64,000 nucleotides of DNA from a virus (lineage: Duplodnaviria; Caudoviricetes), in the IMG/VR virus record IMGVR_UViG_3300013426_000001, positions 32,001-96,000 of that record; one strand, written 5' to 3'. Under the pieces are notes generated by a model. The model was not told the origin of the DNA. It was given only the letters and a program-made list of their open reading frames with translations, and searched no databases. Positions 10,471 through 21,415 of the stretch are shown here, piece by piece. The stretch's first letter is position 1; each line of letters opens with the position of its first letter. The position numbers were made by a program, and so were the translations under genes.

Positions 10471-10959
10471 ATGGATATAAAACAAACGCTTATGCAGGCG
10501 CTTAAAAAAGATATAAAAATAGACTTAGAGCGGAAATTAGAGAAAGTGCGGATTCCGTGCATGAATTATCTAAAAGAAAACGCTCTAAGGATCTTCAAAG
10601 AGAAAATAACGGAGGTTTACCAGATAAACCACGATAGAATACAAGTAATAGATTTACCTCTATTTTTGAAAACTATAACAGTACAAGACAAAGATAAATG
10701 GAGTTTTGATATTTTTATTGACGAAGATTTATTAAATTTTAAAACGAAAAGCGGCGAACAGATTTATCAATACTCTAATGACGGGATGTTTTATACCAAT
10801 AATGAGAAGGTTCATAATTTAGATGAATATTGGCATTCACCCATAAACGGGAAAAGCGAAAATAATTGGTATAAAATTGAAATTTGGAAAGAACTTAATA
10901 CTTTTTTAAAAAATGATTTTACACAATATGTAAGAGACAGATTAATGGAGGTAAAATAA
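10471..10959 (+). CDS. Hypothetical protein preceding the tape measure
   Basis: ATG 10471 behind AAGGAGG; stop abuts the TMP start. Confidence 0.6.
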   Translation: MDIKQTLMQALKKDIKIDLERKLEKVRIPCMNYLKENALRIFKEKITEVYQINHDRIQVIDLPLFLKTITVQDKDKWSFDIFIDEDLLNFKTKSGEQIYQYSNDGMFYTNNEKVHNLDEYWHSPINGKSENNWYKIEIWKELNTFLKNDFTQYVRDRLMEVK

Positions 10960-13900
10960 ATGAAAAAAACTGATAAAATCGGTGTCGAAATATATTTAAA
11001 ACAATATGAAGATATGTTTAAACAGTATCAAGAACTTTTAAACAAAGAAATGGGTAATCATAAAGATATGCTAACTTCGATTATGAGAGAGCAGCTTGAT
11101 GATCTCAAAGATACTTATAAACTTCCAATGGACAAAATCCGAGAAATAGAAGATCGTATTTTGGCGCCGAAATTAAAAGAACAGGCTGAGAAAGCAGCGC
11201 AACAAGCTAAAAAAGACGCTGAGGATTATTTGAAGAAGAACCAGGAGACTATCAATAAGGCATTAGATGTTAATAAAGATAGTATGAAAACACTCTTAGA
11301 GACAAATAATTTAGTAGTCGAAAGTAGTAAAAAAGCTCTCGAGGACGCAAAAAAAGCGAAAGAAGCCATAGAGAAACAAGATAGGCAAATGAAAAGGGAT
11401 AAGGCGAGGGGTGCTCGAGCGCTCAAAAATCAAAGAGCGAAAGCGGAAAAAGAAGCTCGAATGAAAACTGAGCAAGCCAAATCGATGTATTTTGAAGCCG
11501 CACCATCTGCTGATTATGAGGTAATAGATGTCCCTGGAATTGGGCATAAATACAAACATACAAAGGTTAAAACCGCAAAGTTAAAAAGTGGGAAAGAAGT
11601 AGATCTCAGTAATATAAGGCAATTATCCGTTACTAAGTTGGCATCTTTAATAACTCATAATTTTGAAGATTTTGAAGCCCTAGCAAAAGAAAATGCGCAG
11701 AGAATAGCTGATTTTGAAGCGCAATATGGCAAAACCCCGTTAGACAAAGATCTTCGCAAAAAGCACTCAGAGCTTTTGGCACTGCAAGACGAATATCAGA
11801 GTGCTGATTTGAATTTAAAAAGAGCACAAAAAAGAGGCACTGCTTTTCATAAAGTGGTTGAACTTGTAGAAAAAGGTCAGGTTTCTCTTAACGATTTAAC
11901 AGAAAAGAAAATAGAAGAACTTGGTAAGCAATACGATGAGATAGGTGAAGGGTTTAGTTTTAAATACGGGGAAACCAAGGTGCGCGGAACCACTTCCAAG
12001 GATCTGTTGAAACTTGTAAAGCAGTATGATGAATTTAAGAAGCAGACTGGTCTGAGCGGGCAAACAACCACAGAAACACCACTTGGAATGCTTGTTGATC
12101 TTGGGGATGAGGTTGTAGAAGTCGCGGGTACGTTTGACAGTATTTTCAATGAAATGTCTACTCTTATAGACTTTAAAACTAGTGGACGAGTTGATGTAAA
12201 AAAGATAGGAATACAATTAAACCTACTTAAAAAGATGGCTTTACTCAATCCTAAATTTATGAAACTCAAAGGGATAAAGGGGTTGGACGCTTTAAAAGTT
12301 TTTCATTTGCCATTTAAGGGTGGTGAAGGTGGAGTTTACGATGTCGGTACTGCCGATGATGCAATGATGTGGCAGTGGATAAAATCCGCTTTCGATATTT
12401 TGGCTGGAGAGACGACAGAAAAACCTAATGTCCCAGTTTTAATGCGGGGCAAGTTAACGCTTGGTGATTGGCATGATAAAAAAAAGAAGACTACTGGGAA
12501 ACAGTGGTTGCTTAATAATATATCTTTGAAAAAATTAGCCGAAAATTATGAAAGGGGTACCATGTCTTACGAGGAAATTATGGATAACATAAATTCCTTA
12601 AACGAAGAAGACCGTCGACATTTTATAAATTTGATTTGGAGTACCAAAGAATACGAAGAAAAAAAGAAAACGCAGCGAGTTTACAAAGTCGTAGATGGCA
12701 AGCGCGTCCCTTTATTAGATGAACAGGGTAATATTCGGTATGATGAGTCTGGCAAGCTATTATACGAAATGCAGGATATTGTGTCTTCTATTCCACCTAG
12801 AGAAACTGGAAAATTATATAGACAAGGCGCTTTATGGGACAGATTGCGGGGCGATTTGGATTCTTTCCAAAAAGAAATAGAAAAGGTGGCAACTGACGAA
12901 TACGCGAATATAGCTGATAAGATGACAAAGATTCAAGAACGAATTTCGAAAATCAAAATATCTTATGTTGAAGCGAAGGAATATGTTCCAGACGAACAAG
13001 GTAATTTGCGGGAGGTTACTAAACTCGTACCAGCAAATGAAAAAGAAAAAGCAAAAGAAAATAGGCGCGATAAACTTATAGCACAGCGTGAAGCATTAAG
13101 AGCCCAATTGGCAGAAAAAGCATCTTCTGCATTTTCGGAGCAAGTTTTCAAAACTGAACAAGGATACGGAAGCGCTCAAACAGTAGGTGGAGGTTTTTTG
13201 TCTGAATGGGCCAAAGCTTATCGAATACACGCAGAGCAAGACGATGGATTGGCCGAAAAAATTGCAGACCGTTTTGTTAGCTATATTCTTAACGCTGGCT
13301 TATCTAATTTTCAACTTGATGAACTCAAAGGCGGATTAGCAGGTATAGCAATCAAGGATGAAGCGAATCAGGCGTTTGTTGATGCAATTCAAGACAGGTT
13401 GCTGGGTAAACATTCGATAATTGCGCCCAATTTGGAACGTGTTCAAGAACTCGAAGATCAAATAAAGGCTTTAAATCAAGAACGTGCTTCTTTGGACAAA
13501 GGAGTTCCCAACCCGAGAATTGAAGAGATAGATAAGCTTGTTCAACGATTGATAGCGGAACAAGATCGTCTTAAATATGCTCAGGAAGTGGGTGGAATTT
13601 TTTCTGACGAGCCGATAGGAATTAACGAGATGACGGATGATTACGCTTTAGAAAAAGGTAAAAAATCCGCCGCAATGCGTGGAGAAGCCGCTACCAATAG
13701 AGCTGCTCGAATGATTAGTCGACTTAAGGCTTTTTCAGAATACGATCTATCGGATAAAAGTTTTGATGATGTCATGAATTTTATCAAGGGACTTACAGGT
13801 ATAAGAAATGAATTTAAGGGATTTTTAAATGCTTTGGGTTCCAGCGAAAACTCTGAAATTGATGAATATGGAGTTCCTGAATATATTGAAAAAAGTGAAA

Positions 13901-16900
13901 CCATTTTGAATGCTTGGACCGACTTTGTTCGTAATCTGAGAAATAAAGTTAAAGGGTTGGAGAATCTGGATAATTTAGACGAAGATCAGGTAGAAGAGGC
14001 GGTTAAAGGGTTAGATATCGCAACCTCGACCGAGGAAGATATCGGTGGGCTTGCTAAAAAAACAGGGCATAAATTATCTTGGTTATATCAACTTAAAGAT
14101 ATTTATGACGAGTTTTTATCTCCCGAAATGGAGAAAGTCAACGAGAGTTTGCCTGATAAAGCCAAATTTACATCTGTCGAGCAATACGCTAAATCAAGAC
14201 TCACGCAAGAGCAATACGAGCAGTACGCGTCCTCGATTGATTTCAGGAAGATGATATTGGAGGGCAAAGATCTCGGTACGGTTATAAAACAGTTCTTAGA
14301 CATACCTGAATTTCAGTTAAAAAGTAACCTTGCTTCCACGTTGCAAAAGGCATTAGTAAAAATAATAGAAGCGAATCCTAAACTCTTAGACGATACCATT
14401 TATAATATCTTTATGACTCAAACCGATTTAGGTGGCGGAGCCAAGATGAGGTGGTGGCATGATGCGGGGGCTGCGGAACGGTTAAGAAGAGGGGATGTTG
14501 TTAGAAACTGGGCATACAAACCTAATGAAGTTTTGACAACTAAACCCGAAATGATCGCAGAAGCCGAAGAAAGGGCGGAGGAAAGAGTTCGCGGAGATTT
14601 AGGGAATAGAGAAGCTGTTGAGCTTTTAGAAAAACGAGCTCAATATGCCCGCAAAGAATACAAACAAAGAGAACGGGCTATCGCGAAAGAAGTAAAGGAA
14701 CAAACTGGCTTTGATCTGGAAGATTATGATAAAAGATATGGGTTTGAAGAATACGAAAAAGCATATCTCGATCTTTATAAATTCGCCTTAAAAGTTGGAC
14801 GTGCGGAATCTCACCTCGAAGAGTTTATGAAAGGTGAGCTTGGGTATTCGGAAATAGATGGTGCTGGAACTACGGGTACATTGTTGACCAAAGAGGCGAA
14901 GCAAGAATATGAAGAGCTTCGTCAGGGTTTAGCTATAGCGCAAAGCAGATTGCCTAACCTTGAAGATATGTCTGATGAAGGCAAAAGGTTGTTCATTGAA
15001 AGACAACAGCTCCTTGAAGAATACAGAGTTCCCTATGAAAGAGAAAGGGTTTATCGCAATGTCGCTAGAAAACGTTACGGTTCGGCTACTGATGAGTCCC
15101 TCATATTAAAACAACAAGAAGCTGTTTTAGCGCAAATAAGATCATTACCCGAGCAAACTCTCTCGGAAGTTACTTCTGAAATAGGCGATGCGAAAAGTGT
15201 TGACGTAGATGCGAATTCTATTACGGTCGGAGAACCTGAAAAAGTTGTAAATAATACCGAAACGACGGAGATAAAAGCCGACACCGTGGTAGTCAACAAA
15301 TCTCAATCGGCTACTGCGGAAGCGGTTGAATCCACTGCTGAAACCAAAACACCGAAGAAACGTCGTGGACGCCCGAGAAAGAAAAAAACGGATGATACAA
15401 CTCCCGTTACTCCAACAACCCCGCCTACAGATGGTGGCGGTACAGAACCCCCAACAGAAAGTGAAACTACGAAAAGTGACGCTCAAAAGGCGTACAACGC
15501 TCTTGTCGCGGAAGAGTTCAGAATCAAAAAAGAGATTGCCGCTCTCGACAAAGAACGCTGGAAATCAACTGAAATCGAACGCAAAAAAGATACCGATTAT
15601 GCCGTTCAAAATCTTGACGCAGAAAAGCAGTGGCGTGAAGCCGAATTGGAACGCATAAAAGACCGTAAAGCCGAACTCGAAGGATTAGGCGCGGTCGAAA
15701 GCAAAGCGACAACAGCTTCGAACGAAGAAAAAATGACTGCGTATTTAACGCGATTAGGCGTCGGTACGGACGGCAAAATGTCTTTAACTCCCGAAGAGCA
15801 GGCGGATTACTGGTCTCAATACGAACGTGCGCTTGATAAACAGGCCCGCGCAGAGGAAGAGATTTTCGGCATCCGCAACAAAGCCGCGACGAGCTATGGA
15901 ACGGAGAAAACGCTTCTCTATCAGATAGCCGACGAAAAGGCGAAAGGTTTGGCGACGGATAAAGAAAATGTCGCAATGCTTGAAGCGATTGTTGGTAAGC
16001 TTGACCCAACCCGCTTGGAGAATATTAAGAAGCAGGTTGCACTTAATCAGCAGCTTTATAAATTACAAGCGCTCAAACAAACCCGTGGCGCAACCTCGAT
16101 TTGGGACGTAATGGCGAACGATATTCGTCGTGCAACTATGCGTATCGCGGATTTCGGAATTGCTGCGAAGGTTTTGAATAAGATCCCGCAGGATATACAG
16201 AAGGTAATTCAGTATACGAAAGAGCTGGACGCGGCGATGACGAATATCAGAATCGTCGGTGGGTATAACGAAGAGCAGGCGAGAAATCTAATGAGAAGCT
16301 ACACCGAGTTAGGAAGAACTTTGGGTGCGACCACATCAGAAATTGCGCAAGGAATGAATGATTGGTTGAGACAAGGTTATGAAGCGGAAGATCAATTGGA
16401 GGCATTAGTTTCAGCTTCAACCAAACTTAGTAAACTCGGTATGATATCCGCGTCGGAGGCTACGACGGCACTAACGGCGGCGTTAAAATCGTTTAATTTA
16501 ACGGCAGAAGACGCGATAAAGGTTGTTGATAAGTTGACGAAAGTCGACCAGCTAGCGGCTGTGAGCGCGGGCGGGATTTCGACAGCGCTCCAAAAATCAG
16601 CGACTTCTGCAAAACTCGCAGGTATGTCGATGGACGAGCTTATCGGCTCTGTTTCGGTTATCGGTGAAGTCACCCAGCAATCGATGGATACGGTTGGCAA
16701 TGCGATGAAGTCAATTCTCGCTCGTTACGGCAACGTCAAAGCGGGTGTGTTCACCCAAATGGGGCTTAACGATGACGGGGAAACGACCGACAATATCAAC
16801 GACATCGAAAAGGTTTTGTCGAAGCTCGGTATAAAAGTCCGTTCTTCCGCGAAGGAAATGCGCAGCATAACCGACGTTCTCGACGACGTAAACTCGAAAT

Positions 16901-19900
16901 GGTCGACGTTTGACACGGTAACGAAAAACGCTATCGCAACTGCGTTTGGCGGTACGAGAATGAGAGAAAACTTCCTCGTACTTATGGAGAACTGGAATCG
17001 AGTAAAAGAACTTACCGAAGAATCGGCAAATGCCGCAGGAACAGCTGATGAAAAATACTCGGCGTATTTGGATTCTATCGAGGCTTCGACGAAAAAACTC
17101 CAAAACGCTTGGGAGGACTTTGCACAGTCGATTAAAGGGAGCGGAATTATTAAAGGATTGACGGATGCGTCGACGTGGATTGTTAACTTCGTTAATAAAT
17201 ATGGTCCTTATTTGTTGACCTTCCTTACAACTCTTCAATCTAAGAAGATAATGAATTTCTTGGGTAACAGTGTAACGCAAGGTATTGGTTATGCGAAGGG
17301 GTTTTTTGGCGGCATTGGCACAAAAGGGAAGTTTCATTCGGTTCAGTTTGGCGAAAACGGCATAGAAACCGATGAATTTAGAAATGTCGTAGTTGGTCCA
17401 AGTGGTAAAAAAAGTTTAATTGCGAGATTACTTGACAAAATATTCCAAAGACAAAAAGATACAAGCAATGAGCAGGTCGCCGCAACTAATAAGACTACAA
17501 ACGCGGTTAACGAAACGAAAAATGCCGTAAAAGAAACGCAGGGTAAAACCGTATTGTATGGAGCAGACGGCAAACCGATATCAACGGCTAACTCAACAGC
17601 TGGTCCGAATGTCACGGGGTACCGTGAACGCAATCGGTTTTTTAGCTTTGGCGATCCGAAAGTTATACAACTGACTAATGCCGACGGGACTACTCAAAAT
17701 ATAATGAGGGGGAAAGGGCATAACTGGTATTATACTGACGCAAAAGGTAAAATTACGGAAAATAAGGTTACAGATCAAAAAATTTTATCTCAAGTTGAGC
17801 AAACCAGACAGGCGTCAATCGCTCAAAATATGGGTGCTCGTGCTTCTCAAGCCGCAATTGGAGAACTATCTGCATATATAACCGAGTTGAGTACTCAGCG
17901 TGAAACTGGTGATAAAAGCACGTTCCTTAATAGAATTTTCAGCGAGTTGGCTGGGAATTATACAGACCAAACGGTTGAAGAAACCCACCCCGAAAAAACT
18001 CGAAGATTAACTTGGTCTACTCAATTAGCGGCAATAGGTGGATTTATAGGAGGTTCTACTGGTGCTTCTCTTGGTCAACAATTAGGCGTTGCTATCGCAA
18101 ACGGGATATCTACTAGTGAACGTCTTGGCGAATTGCAAATGAAACAACGCGTTGAGGATGCTAAAGAAAGCCTTAAATTTTTGGAACAAATTGCTTCTTC
18201 AACGAGTCAAATTGAAGGTGTTGTAGAAAGCGGCACATTAGATTCAAAAGGTTATGAACAACTTCAGAATTATATCGATGATCTCACAAAACAATTTGCC
18301 GAATATGACGGTAAAAACTTCAAGGAAATGAGCGATGTATTAGCTGATGCTCTTGGATTAGCCGAAGGTACAACTTACGCCGAATCGTTAAGTAAAATGC
18401 AAGAGAAGCTATTGAGTGGTTCGGTTGAAGAACGTAAAGAAACCGTTAGGGCTCTGAAGCTCGCAACGGCAAAAGCAGAACTCGAAACAACTAGGAAATC
18501 TCAAGAAAAAGATCGCCATGACATTCTTAGTACCGATGTCGTTAAACTGGAAATGTCTACGCTAGACAAAGCTCATTTATATGGCTCTTTAATAGGCGGC
18601 GGTATTCTTGCAGGCGGCGGTGTGGGCGCTGCTGCGGGCAGCGTGGCAGGCGGCGGTGTGGGCGCGATTATTGGCGCTGCTGCGGGTTCCATAACTGGTG
18701 GTATTCTTGGCGGGGTAACCGCTTCGCGTATTCAAGATCTTGTGGAGTCCCAACTCACCAACTATCGCTTTTCAGGTTCCTTAGAGGAAAGACTTGAAAA
18801 AGCTAAAAGTAAGCGAGAAGAAATAAAGCAGTCGGCAGAAACCGTTGACAATAACAGAGCTAAAGAATATCTTCAACAAGGAGTTAATAAGCTCGACGAG
18901 TATATTAACAAAGTTCAGAAAAATATTGCAAAACTTGCATCTATGGATCGAGAGGTGATGGAAAAACAGATAGAAGTGGGATATCTTGCTTCTGATTTGT
19001 CTTCCTTAACCACTGACCAATTATCAGGTTTAACTATTGAAGGTGCTATAGGAAAAGTCGCAGAAGCCATGCGAGATCAAGGTTATGCGGTTTATGACGC
19101 AGCTGGCGCGATCAAAGACGAATATCTCCCGATGATTAAGTCGGCGATTTTGTCTAATTCTGAAATGGCAGTTTTAACAAAAGGCGATACTCAAACCATA
19201 GGCGAATTGGCGAACGCTTATTCGAATTTAGCGGAAAGATTGCAATTCGTCGGGCTGGCTGCACAAGGGATAGATTACGAGAAGTTGAGATATCTTCTTG
19301 ACCATTACGGTGATGACGAAAATGCGACGTTGTTTAACAATGTTGCGGCGGCGTTGAACGTAAGCGTGGATAAACTCAAAGAGCTTGTTTACGCGGCTGA
19401 CCCCGAAAGGATAGAGCAGTTTGCTTCGGCGTGGAACTTAACGGTCGAGCAAGCACGGGCGATGGCGAAAGTCTTTCCTGATTTAACCACGTCGATTGGT
19501 CTTATGTCTGGTGCAGACGTTCGTTCGTATTATTCGGGATTTAGCACGTTCTTTACTGACATTGCAGATAATGGCGAAATTACGGCAGAAAACTTCGAAA
19601 AGATTTTGTCGAATTATCCGCAACTGCTTAAATACTTACGTCAAGGCAACGATGTTTTGGCTGGCGTGCTGGTTGACAAAACCGTTAACGAGCAGAAAGA
19701 AGCGTATATTAACTCGCTTCTGAATGCCGAAATGACGAGCAAAGACTTTGCTGAAGACTTTAAGAAAACACTTAAAGAGGGCGGAGGGCTGGTCGCAGGT
19801 GGACTCACCTATGACGTAGACCAATTACTTGGCGATCAAAGTACGCTTGACGCGATCCTCGAAAAGGCACGTCAAATGGGTGGTGACGTAGGGCAGGCGA

Positions 19901-21348
19901 TTGTTGATGCCGTGACGGATTACATGGACTTTGAACAAGTTATCGAATGGACCGATCCGTTACTTCAAAAGGCAATCGAGGCCCAGCAAAAGCTTCTCGA
20001 TAGGCAAATTGAAAACCTCACCGAGCAAAAAGATGCTTTATCGCAGGTCAACGAAGAGCGCAAAAAAGAGCTCGAGTTGATGAAGGCTCAAGAAGCGCTT
20101 GAAAACGCCAAAAAAGAGCGTGTAAGAGTTTATCGCGCAGGTGTTGGGTTTGTCTACGAGAGTGACGAAACTGCGGTTCAAACGGCTCAAGAAAATTTGA
20201 CTTCGTTGAACACTCAAAAACAGCAAGAAGACTTGCAGGTTCAAATCGATCAACTCGAATTACAAAAGAGTATTTTAAGTAATCTCGAAGAAAATAAACA
20301 ACTTGCGGCGTTAAAAACAAGTTTAGATACTTGGTCTGAAAAGAATTTATCTGGAAATGCGGATATCGTTGCTGCTTTGTCTGCTGGATTTAGGAATAAT
20401 AAAATTTATTACAACGCAGCGAAAGGCACCTATCAGATGAAGGATGAACAAGGCAATTGGATACTGGACGAAGAGGGAAATATCAAAACGGCGAATTCAA
20501 TTGCTGGAATTATGGAATCGAAAGAAAGTTTGGCTCAAGAAGCGATTAATGACGCAGTTGAAGCAAGAACTGCTGTCGAAGAGGCTTATAAAGCGTTAGA
20601 CAATGCGACTGATATCGAAGATTACAGAACAAAATTAGCCAAGTATGAAGAGGCGCATAATAAATATGTTGAAGCTCGTGATAAAGCCATCAATAGTTAT
20701 GGCGCTACTGACGAACAGTTGGGAGGTTATCTTGCGGCTTCGGATACGAAAAAGAATGTAACATATGAAGTTGGTGCCGATTTTATAGATGATATGTTTA
20801 TGAAAATGAGCCTCTGGGATGAAGTATCTTTTAAATCGAAATTCGGTATGTCTAAAGAAAAGTTTATAGATTTGCTTATTGCGGTTAGGGATAAAACCGA
20901 GGGTGAGTGGGTCCTTGGTGATAAAATTTTAGAGATTGCTGGTGACGGTACGATGAGGGTAACCGAGGCTCGGGGGTATGAGCCCAAGAAAAACGCCACA
21001 GGTACAACCTCTTTCCAAGGCGGTCAAACTCTTATCAACGAACTCGGAACCGAAGCGGTTATTACCCCAGGTGGGACCCTCACCGCTCTTCCATCGAAGA
21101 CGGGTATTGTCCCTGCCGACATAACCCGAAACGTTTGGGCGCTCGGCGAAGTCGCTCCGACGCTGGTTGCGCAGCTTAGTTCGCTTAATCAAAAAGCTCT
21201 CACTGGCAACGCTGGAAACACGACTTATGAAGAAGGTCAGTACATCGACAATCTTACCATGAACGTTTATCCGACAAAGGATTACGATATGGATAAGTTG
21301 CTTTCTGAGGCGCGTGCTAAGGCGAAGCTTACAAGACATAACAATTAA
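10960..21348 (+). CDS. Tail tape-measure protein (3462 aa) with N-terminal PD-(D/E)XK nuclease domain
   Basis: TP901-type TMP core (ELDAAMTNIRIV...LGATTSEIAQGMNDWLRQG...VGNAMKSILAR) at ~16.2-17.1 kb; glycine-zipper hydrophobic segment ~18.6 kb; C-terminal NATGT...NELGTEAV; nuclease motifs SVT/RGTAFH/AGTFD/IDFKTS/QL at ~11.6-12.2 kb. Confidence 0.9.
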   Translation: MKKTDKIGVEIYLKQYEDMFKQYQELLNKEMGNHKDMLTSIMREQLDDLKDTYKLPMDKIREIEDRILAPKLKEQAEKAAQQAKKDAEDYLKKNQETINKALDVNKDSMKTLLETNNLVVESSKKALEDAKKAKEAIEKQDRQMKRDKARGARALKNQRAKAEKEARMKTEQAKSMYFEAAPSADYEVIDVPGIGHKYKHTKVKTAKLKSGKEVDLSNIRQLSVTKLASLITHNFEDFEALAKENAQRIADFEAQYGKTPLDKDLRKKHSELLALQDEYQSADLNLKRAQKRGTAFHKVVELVEKGQVSLNDLTEKKIEELGKQYDEIGEGFSFKYGETKVRGTTSKDLLKLVKQYDEFKKQTGLSGQTTTETPLGMLVDLGDEVVEVAGTFDSIFNEMSTLIDFKTSGRVDVKKIGIQLNLLKKMALLNPKFMKLKGIKGLDALKVFHLPFKGGEGGVYDVGTADDAMMWQWIKSAFDILAGETTEKPNVPVLMRGKLTLGDWHDKKKKTTGKQWLLNNISLKKLAENYERGTMSYEEIMDNINSLNEEDRRHFINLIWSTKEYEEKKKTQRVYKVVDGKRVPLLDEQGNIRYDESGKLLYEMQDIVSSIPPRETGKLYRQGALWDRLRGDLDSFQKEIEKVATDEYANIADKMTKIQERISKIKISYVEAKEYVPDEQGNLREVTKLVPANEKEKAKENRRDKLIAQREALRAQLAEKASSAFSEQVFKTEQGYGSAQTVGGGFLSEWAKAYRIHAEQDDGLAEKIADRFVSYILNAGLSNFQLDELKGGLAGIAIKDEANQAFVDAIQDRLLGKHSIIAPNLERVQELEDQIKALNQERASLDKGVPNPRIEEIDKLVQRLIAEQDRLKYAQEVGGIFSDEPIGINEMTDDYALEKGKKSAAMRGEAATNRAARMISRLKAFSEYDLSDKSFDDVMNFIKGLTGIRNEFKGFLNALGSSENSEIDEYGVPEYIEKSETILNAWTDFVRNLRNKVKGLENLDNLDEDQVEEAVKGLDIATSTEEDIGGLAKKTGHKLSWLYQLKDIYDEFLSPEMEKVNESLPDKAKFTSVEQYAKSRLTQEQYEQYASSIDFRKMILEGKDLGTVIKQFLDIPEFQLKSNLASTLQKALVKIIEANPKLLDDTIYNIFMTQTDLGGGAKMRWWHDAGAAERLRRGDVVRNWAYKPNEVLTTKPEMIAEAEERAEERVRGDLGNREAVELLEKRAQYARKEYKQRERAIAKEVKEQTGFDLEDYDKRYGFEEYEKAYLDLYKFALKVGRAESHLEEFMKGELGYSEIDGAGTTGTLLTKEAKQEYEELRQGLAIAQSRLPNLEDMSDEGKRLFIERQQLLEEYRVPYERERVYRNVARKRYGSATDESLILKQQEAVLAQIRSLPEQTLSEVTSEIGDAKSVDVDANSITVGEPEKVVNNTETTEIKADTVVVNKSQSATAEAVESTAETKTPKKRRGRPRKKKTDDTTPVTPTTPPTDGGGTEPPTESETTKSDAQKAYNALVAEEFRIKKEIAALDKERWKSTEIERKKDTDYAVQNLDAEKQWREAELERIKDRKAELEGLGAVESKATTASNEEKMTAYLTRLGVGTDGKMSLTPEEQADYWSQYERALDKQARAEEEIFGIRNKAATSYGTEKTLLYQIADEKAKGLATDKENVAMLEAIVGKLDPTRLENIKKQVALNQQLYKLQALKQTRGATSIWDVMANDIRRATMRIADFGIAAKVLNKIPQDIQKVIQYTKELDAAMTNIRIVGGYNEEQARNLMRSYTELGRTLGATTSEIAQGMNDWLRQGYEAEDQLEALVSASTKLSKLGMISASEATTALTAALKSFNLTAEDAIKVVDKLTKVDQLAAVSAGGISTALQKSATSAKLAGMSMDELIGSVSVIGEVTQQSMDTVGNAMKSILARYGNVKAGVFTQMGLNDDGETTDNINDIEKVLSKLGIKVRSSAKEMRSITDVLDDVNSKWSTFDTVTKNAIATAFGGTRMRENFLVLMENWNRVKELTEESANAAGTADEKYSAYLDSIEASTKKLQNAWEDFAQSIKGSGIIKGLTDASTWIVNFVNKYGPYLLTFLTTLQSKKIMNFLGNSVTQGIGYAKGFFGGIGTKGKFHSVQFGENGIETDEFRNVVVGPSGKKSLIARLLDKIFQRQKDTSNEQVAATNKTTNAVNETKNAVKETQGKTVLYGADGKPISTANSTAGPNVTGYRERNRFFSFGDPKVIQLTNADGTTQNIMRGKGHNWYYTDAKGKITENKVTDQKILSQVEQTRQASIAQNMGARASQAAIGELSAYITELSTQRETGDKSTFLNRIFSELAGNYTDQTVEETHPEKTRRLTWSTQLAAIGGFIGGSTGASLGQQLGVAIANGISTSERLGELQMKQRVEDAKESLKFLEQIASSTSQIEGVVESGTLDSKGYEQLQNYIDDLTKQFAEYDGKNFKEMSDVLADALGLAEGTTYAESLSKMQEKLLSGSVEERKETVRALKLATAKAELETTRKSQEKDRHDILSTDVVKLEMSTLDKAHLYGSLIGGGILAGGGVGAAAGSVAGGGVGAIIGAAAGSITGGILGGVTASRIQDLVESQLTNYRFSGSLEERLEKAKSKREEIKQSAETVDNNRAKEYLQQGVNKLDEYINKVQKNIAKLASMDREVMEKQIEVGYLASDLSSLTTDQLSGLTIEGAIGKVAEAMRDQGYAVYDAAGAIKDEYLPMIKSAILSNSEMAVLTKGDTQTIGELANAYSNLAERLQFVGLAAQGIDYEKLRYLLDHYGDDENATLFNNVAAALNVSVDKLKELVYAADPERIEQFASAWNLTVEQARAMAKVFPDLTTSIGLMSGADVRSYYSGFSTFFTDIADNGEITAENFEKILSNYPQLLKYLRQGNDVLAGVLVDKTVNEQKEAYINSLLNAEMTSKDFAEDFKKTLKEGGGLVAGGLTYDVDQLLGDQSTLDAILEKARQMGGDVGQAIVDAVTDYMDFEQVIEWTDPLLQKAIEAQQKLLDRQIENLTEQKDALSQVNEERKKELELMKAQEALENAKKERVRVYRAGVGFVYESDETAVQTAQENLTSLNTQKQQEDLQVQIDQLELQKSILSNLEENKQLAALKTSLDTWSEKNLSGNADIVAALSAGFRNNKIYYNAAKGTYQMKDEQGNWILDEEGNIKTANSIAGIMESKESLAQEAINDAVEARTAVEEAYKALDNATDIEDYRTKLAKYEEAHNKYVEARDKAINSYGATDEQLGGYLAASDTKKNVTYEVGADFIDDMFMKMSLWDEVSFKSKFGMSKEKFIDLLIAVRDKTEGEWVLGDKILEIAGDGTMRVTEARGYEPKKNATGTTSFQGGQTLINELGTEAVITPGGTLTALPSKTGIVPADITRNVWALGEVAPTLVAQLSSLNQKALTGNAGNTTYEEGQYIDNLTMNVYPTKDYDMDKLLSEARAKAKLTRHNN

Positions 21349-21415
21349 GTAAATGTGGGAATAAGGCGGGTTACCCCGCCGATGCCCGCATTAAATACAA
21401 ATAAGGAGAAAATTA

